DNA of 64,000 bases from Antedon mediterranea (Eukaryota; Animalia; Echinodermata). Positions 46,636 through 57,600 of this stretch are shown piece by piece. The position numbers were made by a program, and so were the translations under genes. The notes under the pieces are model-generated. The model did no database searches, was not told the DNA's origin, and saw only the letters and a list, made by a program, of their open reading frames with translations. The stretch lies in contig NC_092670.1 of NCBI RefSeq assembly GCF_964355755.1, positions 37,932,388 to 37,996,387 of the forward strand. Direction: 5' to 3'. Within the stretch, counting starts at the first letter, position 1. Each line of letters starts with the position of its first letter.

Positions 46636-48005
46636 AAACTACCTAATATACTAACTACCTAAATAACGTATGTCACACGAGGATATCGCTTTAACCGGTG
46701 GTGTTTTATTCGACCTCTGCTGACATTTCGCTTATCTCATTTGACTACGTTGATATTTTGCTACAATATACCTATTCAATCAAAATAATTAGGCCTATTG
46801 CGTGGTAGGCCTACCTTTGAATCTCTCCATTGTGTATGCTTCGCCATAAGGTCAAGTCAGTGGGTATCGTGTTCTGTTAATCAAAATGCACATAAAAGCC
46901 CTGAAATAAAAGATATCAAATTATGTGTCCCAGCTACAACTTCGTTCTTTTTATTCTACTATAACGAGGCCCAGGCCAATACTGACTCAGTGTGCCATAT
47001 ATACATATAAATATTAATATTAATATTTAGAAACAACCAGCATATATTTCTAATTTCATTATCTATGCTTCCTAATGTATTACTGTCGTCACTTACTAGT
47101 TTCTTCTAAACTTAATAGCAATTGCACGAGTTTGTATACCTGTATACCTATACTTATAATTCTTCGTTACATTCGAATTCCCTTGCCCGATACGAGGTAG
47201 CCTAGCTCTCTCCGCCGGTCTTCTACTGTTTAGGATTAATAGAAATTGGGATAATGGCTTTTAGTGTGTATGTCTATGGAACGCTCAATGTGTAATAATG
47301 TATTGTAATAATGATAATAACTAAAAATAAATAATCCCTTAGATTATTGTTTTGTAACTGTAAACCAATTTAGTCTTACATACTTAGCCCTTCGTAAATT
47401 TGCCCCGTTGGAATGGGTTAGTGAGAGGCATAGATGATTAGTGTAAGATTGAGTACAGTAAAATGTTTATTTAAAATTAAAGGGCGTTACGTTTAAATTC
47501 GATTGTGATTTGTGCATTCATATGTAGTTTTATTGTTTAAAGGTTTGCATGGCAAAATCAAATGTTGATATAAAGTTTGCGGTACACCACGTAGCTCTGA
47601 AAATAACTGTTGGGTCTCTCGACGTTTCAATCAAATACTTTGATCGTCAAGCATATTGATGGAAACGTCGAGAAACTCGAACAGTTTCAGACTAATATAC
47701 GTATATACTAATAAACTTGATGTCAACACATAATTATTTATTTTTTAAATTTTATTCAATCGAAACCAACAGCGATAATTACCGCCACTAACAGGTTTGA
47801 TACAAACAAAGCCAGGACTGTTTAAAGCACTTTGGTATATGTAGTTTTAAATGTCATCTTGACCTGTATTTTTAATTTAGAGTTTTGCCTTGATTATGGA
47901 AAAAACTGTACACATTTTAACTGCAGTAATCACAAGATTACCGTACCGTATCTAGAAAATATATACATCGACATCATTTCACACGTATCTCCTAATATAT
48001 AATCA

Positions 48006-50475
48006 CTAGCAATTAGTTTACAGCCTTCTCAGTACAAAACACCCGACGCCAGTATCTGTCTATATTCACCAACCTCCACCCCTCTTCAATAACACCCCAT
48101 ACTCTTTCTTAAAAACAAATTCTTCCCAGTGATGGACAAATTAAATTCAACCTAACCTTCGAATTGAGAGGAGTATGCATATAGCTACGATGGGTCTAAT
48201 ACTGGTTGAAGTACGTTGTAAATTGTGTAAATGAATGGGTGTCATATTGGCTGATAACTAAAATATGTAATTTAGATACTGAGGTCCCCCAGCCTTCTTT
48301 CTCCTTTCACGACCCCAGCCACCATCAACAAACCTTAACTCCTCCCCTGGAAAGTTCAAATTTAGTAACTTTTCCTAGTACAATCCAATCATATAGGCTA
48401 CTTCATTACGCTAGTATTTTCGCTCCTCCTCCCCCTACAAACACACCCCAGATACACTGGGTGATGTGTTGAAGCCGGTTCCAGTACAAATTATGTTATT
48501 ATCACTCCCAACCCATAATCCCTCAGCGGCAGTTTTCAAATGTAGTTTAAAACATTCCAAATACATTTTCGGTCATGGTGATAGGCCTACATGCCCACCC
48601 CAAACTCCCATCCGCTTCCCAGGGATGATTAAATACATTTCACATTTTCCAACCACAATTCTGGTGTAAGCAAAATCCCCTGAACCCAAACCCTATCTCC
48701 CAACCCCACTCTCGCACAATTGACGTTTTTTCCTTGGAGGATTAGTGATGTAGTTGAACCATGGAGGTATAATATACCTCCATGGTTGAACACAGTAACC
48801 GTAAACAACATGTGTATGTTCACACAGGTATGGATGTCTGTAATGAGACAACCCAAGAGACCGATACATAGCTGGATATGGTTAAAGTACTTTGCTAAAT
48901 GTGTAATTGAATAGGTGTCATATTGGTTAATTGGTTTTAACATTAGTTTAAAACCTTCTCAGAACACCCGACGCCAGTAGGCCTACCTCACTATACTCAC
49001 CCACCCCTCTTCAATAACACCCCACACTCTTTAAAAAAAAAAAATTCTTCCCAGTACAAATTCAATTCAACTTCAAATTGAGAGGGTATACATAGCTACG
49101 ATAGGCCTATGGTTTAAGTACGTTGTAAACTGTGTAAATAAATAGGTTTCATATTGGCTGATAATTAAAATATCTAATTTTGATACTGCGGCCCCCTAGC
49201 CTTCTTTCTCCTTTCACCATCCAAGCCACAATCAACAAACCTTAACTCCTCCCCTGGACAGTTCAAATGTAGTAACTTTTCCTATTACAATTCCAATCAT
49301 ATAGGCTACTTCATTACGCCAGCATGTTCGGTCCTCCTCCTCCCACTTCAAACACACCCCAGATACTGGGTGACGTGTTTAAGAAGGTTCCAATAAAAAT
49401 TATGTTAGCCATCTCACATCCCATAATCCCTCAGTGGCAGTTTACATAATTAGTTTAAAACATTCCCAATACAGTTTCGGTCTTGGTGATAGGCCTACAT
49501 CCCCACCCCAGCCCCTTTCCAGGGATAATTAAAATACTTTAACATTTTGCAACCACAATTGCGATCATTTTTATACCCCATGGTTACATGCAGAAACAGA
49601 AATTTGTAAAACGAACAAACATCGAAAGTGCGCCATTTTGACCATGCATTGTGGCCCCTAACTTGGATCCTAGATGGCGGATGATGTTCAAATATAGTAG
49701 TTGAACACAGTAACAGTAACAGTAAACAACATGTGTATGTTCACACAGGTATGGATGTCTGTAATGAGACAACCCAAGACCGATACATAGCTGGATATGG
49801 TTAAAGTACTTTGCTAAATGTGTAAATGAATAGGTGTCATATTGGTTAATGATTGAAATATGTATATCTATATCTATATTTCCCCAAACGCCTTCCTGAG
49901 GATAATTCAAATACTGTAAAACATTTGCAGTATAATTTTACAATTCGATAGCCTAAAACCCCGAGCCCAAGCAAAAATGACATCACAAACCACCCCACCC
50001 CCCTCCCAACCCTCCCACAAAAACCCCAGGACTCGGGGAATTGTTGTAATGTAGTTTAAAACCTTCCCGGTACAATCATTTTGATACCCCATATGTATGG
50101 TTACATGCAGAAACAGAAATTTGTATAACGAACAAACATCGAAAGTGGGGGTTTTGCCACATTTTGGGCCCTAACTTGGATCCTAGGTGGCGGATGATGT
50201 TGAAATATAGCTTAGAACATTCCCGGTACAATTGCGGTAATTTTGATTCCCCATATGTAAGATTATGTGCAGTAACAAAAATTTGTATAACGAACAAACA
50301 AACAGACAGACAAACAGACAGACAAACTCTCTCACTTATAATATAGATTCCCGGTACAATTGCGGTCATTTTGATACCCCATATGTAAGATTATGTGCAG
50401 TAACAAAAATTTGTATAACGAACAAACAAACAGACAGACAAACAGACAGACAAACTCTCTCACTTATAATATAGA
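48006..50475 (-). mobile_element. Helitron-like non-autonomous element with an internal ~0.9-kb tandem duplication and a doubled 5' end
   Basis: On the minus strand it begins a|TCtatattataagtgagagag(tttgtctgtctg)n and ends CTAG|t at 48006. 48020-48930 is repeated at 48950-49850, and 50220-50347 at 50349-50475. No clear 3' hairpin. Confidence 0.6.
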
Positions 50476-50554
50476 TATAGCCTACCAGCACACACTTATA
50501 TACATGTTCAGCGCTTAGAGAAGCTTGCTTGTAGAACGCTATATAAGAATGAAC

Positions 50555-50587
<33 letters not shown>

Positions 50588-50717
50588 ACCTTACATATGA
50601 TACAGGCACCAAATGTGTTACAGAGGAGATGTTTACAGGCATATTACTAAATACATTATTCCGTGATACTGTCCAAATAAGTAGGTAGTGGAATCGAGAA
50701 TCGGGTAAATTTTTAAC

Positions 50718-51390
50718 ATACTAGTTTTACTTAAGTTTTAATTGTATTGTACGTCATCATAGGCCTACTGCATACATAACTAGTTTCACTTAAGTTTTAA
50801 TTGTATTTTACGTCATCATAGGCCTACTACTGCATACATAACTAGTTTCACTTAAGTTGTAAATGTATTGTACGTCATCACAGGCCTACTGCATACATAG
50901 TTTCACTAGGTTTTAATTGTATTGTACGTCATTAGACCTACTGCATACATACTAGTTTAACTTAAATTTGAATTGTATTGTACGTAATCATAGACCTACT
51001 GCATACATAACTAGTTTAACTTAAATTTTAATTGTATTGTACGTCATCATAGGACTACTGCATACATAACTAGTTTCACTAAAGTTTTAATTGTATTGTA
51101 CGTCATCATAAGCCTAATGCATACATAACTAGTTTCGCTTAAGTTTTAATTGTATTGTACGTCATCATAAGCCTAATGCATACATAACTAGTTTCACTTA
51201 AGTTTTAATTGTATTGTACGTCATAGGCCTACGGCATACATACTAGTTTCACTAAAGTTTTAATTGTATTGTACGTCATCATAGGCCTACTGCATACATA
51301 CTAGTTTCACTTAAGTTTTAATTGTATTGTACGTCATCATATGCCTACTGCATACATACTAGTTTCACTTAAGTTTTAATTGTATTGTAA
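50718..51390. repeat. ~62-bp minisatellite (~11 units) downstream of the LU-mucin-PAN gene
   Basis: Unit catacataactagtttcacttaagttttaattgtattgtacgtcatcataggcctactg. Confidence 0.9.
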
Positions 51391-51634
51391 GCACGTCATT
51401 ATTTGCATTGGATATGACGTAGTATGGATGCTATATTATCATTAAAATAAGTAATTTCTTATAAGATTTGTCAGGTGGTTGGTTCCATTGTTGTCTTAGC
51501 TCTGTAGTCGTTGGTGTGACTGGAGTCGTTGGTTCCATGGTTGTTTGCATTAATTAATGTTCCTCGCATGGTACGACAATAAAAATTTGTATACAGCTAC
51601 ATGCTTCGTACTGATAGTTTAAATGTTTCTTGTT

Positions 51635-54600
51635 TTAGGAGCGCTCCGCCACAATGTAACTAATCGCGTTAGGTAATGTATTGACGGCATCTTGAGAATC
51701 ACCTTCCAAGATGGAAAGTAAGTAGCATCTTTTAGCATTAAACATTACTGATACACACGCACTTTTCAACATGCATTGAGTCGAACAAGTAATCGCAGAA
51801 TGTGTGTACATGACCTGTAGCACGTTGTGGTGATCAGACGTGCGAGTTTCTGTGAACCTCAAAAGGCCACGTCGAAATCTGTGATTATCTGTAGGGAAAT
51901 AATGTCAATGTTATTAAAACAAATTTTGTAGCACATTCCCAATAAATAATGTGTAGTAAGCCTAGTTCACCACAAGTGTAAATTTAAAACACCCAAATAT
52001 CCCCCTATACCTTGTGTGGTTGTGTGTATTGTTGTCATTGGTTCCATTGTTGTCTTTAGCTCTGTAGTCGTTGGTATAGTTGTCGTTGGTTCCATGGTTG
52101 TCCCCTGATTCGTAGTAATTGGTGCAGTTGTTTGTTCAGCTGTGGTTGGTTCCATGGTTGTCTGTTGCTTCGTAGTCCTTGGTATAGTTGTTTGTTCCGG
52201 TGTGGTTGGTTCCATTGTTGTCTGTAGCTCTGTAGTTGTTGGTATGGTTGGAGTCGTTGGTTCCATGGTTGTCTGCTGCTCCATAGTCATTGGTGTAATT
52301 GTTTGTTCAGCTGGGGTTGGTTCCATGGTTGTCTGTAGCTCTGTAGTTGTTGGTATGGTTGGAGTCGTTGGTTCCATGGTTGTCTGCTGCTTCGTAGTCC
52401 TTGGTGTGGTTGTTTGTTCCGTTGTGGTTGGTTCCATGGTTGTCTGTTGCTTCGTAGTCATTGGTATAGTTGTTTGTTCCGATGTGGTTGGTTCCATTGT
52501 TGTCTGTAGCTCTGTAGTTGTTGGTATGGTTGGAGTCATTGGTTCCATGGTTGTCTGCTGCTCCGTAGTCATTGGTGTAGTTGTTTGTTCAGCTGTGGTT
52601 GGTTCCATGGTTGTCTGTTGCTTCGTAGTCATTGGTGAAGTTGTTTGTTCCGGTGTGGTTGGTTCCATTGTTGTCTGTAGCTCTGTAGTCGTTGTTATGG
52701 TTGGAGTCGTTGGTTCCATGGTTGTCTGCTGCTTCGTAGTCATTGGTGTAGTTGTTTGTTCAGCTGTGGTTGGTTCCATGGTTGTCTGTTGCTTCGTAGT
52801 CATTGGTGCAGTTGTTTGTTCCGATGTGGTTGGTTCCATTGTTGTCTGTAGCTCTGTAGTTGTTGGTATGGTTGGAGTCGTTGGTTCCATGGTTGTCTGC
52901 TGCTCCGTAATCATTGGTGTAATTATTTGTTCAGCTGTGGTTGGTTCCATGGTTGTCTGTAGATCTGTAGTTGTTGGTATGGTTGGAGTCGTTGGTTCCA
53001 TGGTTGTCTGCTGCTTCGTAGTCCTTGGTATAGTTGTTTGTTCCGGTGTGGTTGGTTCCATTGTTGTCTGTAGCTCTGTAGTTGTTGGTATGGTTGGAGT
53101 CGTTGGTTCCATGGTTGTCTGCTGCTTCGTAGTCATTGGTGCAGTTGTTTGTTCCGGTGTGGTTAGTTCCATTGTTGTCTGTAGCTCTGTAGTTGTTGGT
53201 ATGTTTGGATTCGTTGGTTCCATGGTTGTCTGCTGCTTCGTAGTCATTGGTGCAGTTGTTTGTTCCGCTGTGGTTGGTTCCATTGTCTGTAGCTCTGTAG
53301 TTGTTGGTATGGCTGGAGTCGTTGGTTCCATGGTTGTCTGCTGCCATGTTGTTGGTGACTGCGTTGTTGCCTCTATCAGCATGCTTTCCGGTTCATTACA
53401 ATAGTGAGTTGAGCAGCATGAAATGCAAGTTGAGGGAATATTGGATGGATGGCAGTCATCCTCATTATTACGTACATGAACAAAACACGAATTATCTGGC
53501 TGACAATTCTTTACTACGGTGTGTCCATCTGAATCATCACGAACCTCGTTTCGACATATCTAAAATGTAAGGAATATATCTTTACAGCATTTGTAGTTTG
53601 CGTTTAATTAAGCGTGGTTCCCACTAGCGACGCAACGTGACGCAACGCAGTGACGTATTGACGCAAATTGTTGTATTGTGTAATTAGTCCAGTATGAAAT
53701 GTAGCGATATGATAAGTTGCATTTTTTTTTGCTATATTTGGTAAAAATTGGATATGTTGTAGAATACACATCACTGAATCCAAAAAGTATTTGCTCCATT
53801 TTTTTTTTCATACGCAAGGGGGGTTGGCAGCCATTTCAAAATGGCCGCCATTTTGGACAAAATATTGTAAGTATATGGCATTAAAAGATGTTATCGAGAT
53901 AGAAATTCAATCATAAAAGTAACAATAAATGTTCAAATAATATTTCACATCATTTTTGTAACTGAACAAGCCAAAATGGCCGCCATTATGCCCAAAATGG
54001 CTGCCATTTTATCCAATATGGCCATCATTTTATCTAAAATGGCCACATATATCAATCAAATATTTCTTTCAACTTTTATTCACATATATTTGGTAAAAAT
54101 TAGATATGTTGTAGAATAGACATCACTGAATCCAAAAAGTATTTGCTCCATTTTTTTTTCATACGCAAGGAGGATTGGCAGCCATTTAAAAATGGCCCCA
54201 ATTTTGGACAAAATTGTTTCAAATATTGTAAGTTTATGACATTTAAAGATGTTATCGAGATAGAAATTCAATCATAAAAGTAACAATAAATGTTCAAATA
54301 ATATTTCATATTTGTTTAACAGAAAAAGCCAAAATGGCAGACATTTCAACCAAAATGGCCGCCATTTTATCCAACATGGCCACCATTTTTATCTGAAATG
54401 GCTACATAATCAATTGTTTTTTTTTAACTTTAATTAAATACATAGGCTATAACATAATGATATTTGTGTTTAATTACTGTAATTATTCGTCGTCATTTTA
54501 GCCATCACTATCACTGTCCGAATCGGATGTAGACAACAATGGTCATATGTTGATTTGATTTGAATTCATTTGGAAAATCATCATAAAAAATACATACAAA

Positions 54601-57600
54601 GTGATAACATAAATTACGGACATTACAAATAATACATTTATAAAAGATTTTCCAGGATAGCCCAAAAAGCTTATCAGCTTATTTCCATTGGGATCCTTTA
54701 CAATCTAAAATAAAAACATTACAAAATATTGCATTAAACACGTAAATATAACAAAAACAATAATATAAAAAACAAGTTAAATTAAAGACTATGATTGACT
54801 TATATAGTTATTTGGTAGAACAGAAATGTGATTTAACATTTTTCTTAAAATTAAATTTGTTTTCTATTTGCTGAATGGAATGAGGTAGGTTATTCCATGC
54901 CTTTATGCCTGTATAATAAAACGTAGATATTTGACTATCAGATTTAGGAACTGAAAATCCATTGACCTTACTTCTAGTCATATAATGGTGGTTAGATGAA
55001 ACTCTTTTAAACTTTTCAGTTAAATAAGGTACTGATTTTCCATAAAAAATCTTATGAACATGATTAAGTTTGAGTTGGCAAATTCTATCCTCTAGACATA
55101 ATTGACCGATTTGGTTCAGTTCGTCTTTACCAATATGTGCACGATCATTTTTATTTAATATAAACCTAGCAACTTTATTTTGACTGGTTTGAAGTCTGTT
55201 ATTCACGTCTGCTTCGCATTTACACATCTCGGTACATTATAGATCCATATATTGGCCTGGAGATGTGCACGTAGTATGTGCTGGTGCAACGCTCCAGAAG
55301 TTGGTGGCAATTTTTCCACACCTTGATTATTTGGCAGTGTTTTGAACCGCTGACACCCTTTTAGTTCCAAGAAGACTGCACAGAAACTTCTCGCATCCTG
55401 CCTTCCCATTGAAAGATGGCATATTATTTTTTCCGAGTTTGACTAGAGCTTCTATGATGTGAGGAGGTGACTTCATATACAATCTTAAAGATGTATTGTC
55501 CCTTTGACTAATTCCAAAAAAATAATAAATTAAAGAATTCGAAAAAAGGTGGGTCATTTTGAAGTATCATAATAGTTATTAACTATCACCAAAAAATTTT
55601 CGAATAAAAAAAAAAAATTTCACTGAAATACAGACGTTTTTTGGTTTAAAAAATAACTTTGACTTCCAGTCAAAGTTTTCAATCAAAACATATCCCATAA
55701 TGAAACGCGCTTGTTTGGCTACTCTGTATGCATAATCATAAAACTTCCTCATGATCTGTGTGAAAATACCTTCTTAACCGTGACGAGTTTTAAACAATCC
55801 TAATTTAGCATATACATAATGCATACTCATGGTTTGAAATCTTTGTTTACTTTCGCTCGTGACGATTTTCCAGATGAAATGTAATCAAACTAATTTACCT
55901 GTTAATTACGTAAACTTGTTGTTTTTGGCTCAAATTTTCGACTTAAAGTGAATAACTTTAATATTACTTTGATATGGCCACTTTAAATTTAGAATATTTT
56001 GACCTTCATTTTTTTGTGTTTCAAGGGACAATACATCTTTAAAAGCTGTTTTTTTCCTGTGACCCGTAACACCACATCCAGTGATAGCATAGAAACCTGG
56101 TAGTCCGGCTGCCTTTTCTGGTCCAAGGTGATCGTATATTGGTTGAAGAGTAATTCTTCTTCCTGTTTCAGCTGTGCCTGAGTGTTAAAATTCCAGTATT
56201 TTCCCCCAACTGTTGTAGGCGCCTTAGAATTAAAACAAACCAGTCGGTATCTTGCGTGAAGAAGTCGACTTCATTTCCTGGTGTAGATGCTATTTCAATG
56301 CCATGAGGGATCATTAGTGTGTCTACCTCTTCTTGGGTGTTCACGTGACTGTTACAATAGGATGATTAATATCACCTCAGCCTGTGAATCGCTATCTCAT
56401 CATCGATGGAATGGCAGTTGTTCAAACTCTTATGAATGTTCAGACTTTTACCACCTGCAAAGATTTTGTGGAGGCATTTGTAGCCTGCATAGATTCTCTA
56501 CTTAACAAATACATTTATGTTGGTGGACGTGTTGTCTTTGACAATTATGAGAAGACACTTTCGCTTAAAGACGATATCCGATATCAATCATCTCCTCCTA
56601 ACATTGTGGAAATTATTGTGGAAGATTCCACACTGATTAAAAACAAAGCAATATTCTTTTCAAGCAACACGACAAAAGATCAACTCACAATTTATCTTGC
56701 CGACAAATCAGTACGAAATTGTAAACATCCTATTGTAACAGTCATGCGACAAGATGAACACAAACACACCTGAACATTCCCCAACAACACCTGTGAGCAC
56801 CCAAAGAAGAGGTAGATATACTAATGATACCTCATGGTATTGAAGTAGCATCTACACCAGGAAATGAAGTCGACTTATTTGTTTTAATTTTAAGGCGCCT
56901 ACAACAGTTAGGGGAAAATTCTGGTATTTTAACAGGCACAGCTGAAACAAGAAGAATTGCTCTTTAATCAATATACGATCCCCTTGGACCGGAAAAGGCA
57001 GCCTAGACTACCAGGTTTCCATGCTATCACTGGATGTACACAGGAAGAAACAGCTTTTAAGATGTATATGAAGTCATCTCCTCACATCATAGAAGCGTTA
57101 GTCAAACTCGGAGAAGACAATGTGCCATCTTTCAATGTGAAGGCAGGATGCGAGGAGTTTCTGTGTGGTCTTATTGAAACTAAAAGGGTGTCAGCCAAAG
57201 ATTCATCAACCCTGAGATGGAAACGGTTCAAAACACTGCCAAATAATCAAGGTGTGGAAAAATTGCCACCAACGTCTGGAGCGTTGCACCAGCACATACT
57301 ACAGGCCAATATATATGGAGCCATGTAACTATTGACCCAATAATTCCCGATCCATGCCAAAACTTGGCTGGTTTATAGAGAACAGTAAACTAAGACCAGT
57401 ATTATACGAGAAGCAAACTGCTCCAGAAGCAGTTGTGGAGCTAATACGGTGTTCATGTTTAAGTACATGTTCCCATAATACATGCACGTGCAAGAAAAAC
57501 AATCTACAATATACCGAGATGTGTAAATGCGAAACAGACGAGAATAACTGTCACAATATATGACCATTGTTGTCTACATCCGATTCGGACAGTGATAGTG

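Noticed and set aside
50718-51390. Regularly spaced repeats resembling a CRISPR array (also 21587-21842 and 18600-18935)
   Set aside because: The units are head-to-tail with no unique spacers, there are no cas genes, and the context is eukaryotic. These are minisatellites.
54808-55227. 139-aa ORF starting MCKCEADVNN
   Set aside because: A chance in-frame fusion of an inverted Academ fragment and a truncated LINE ORF2 end, not a host gene.
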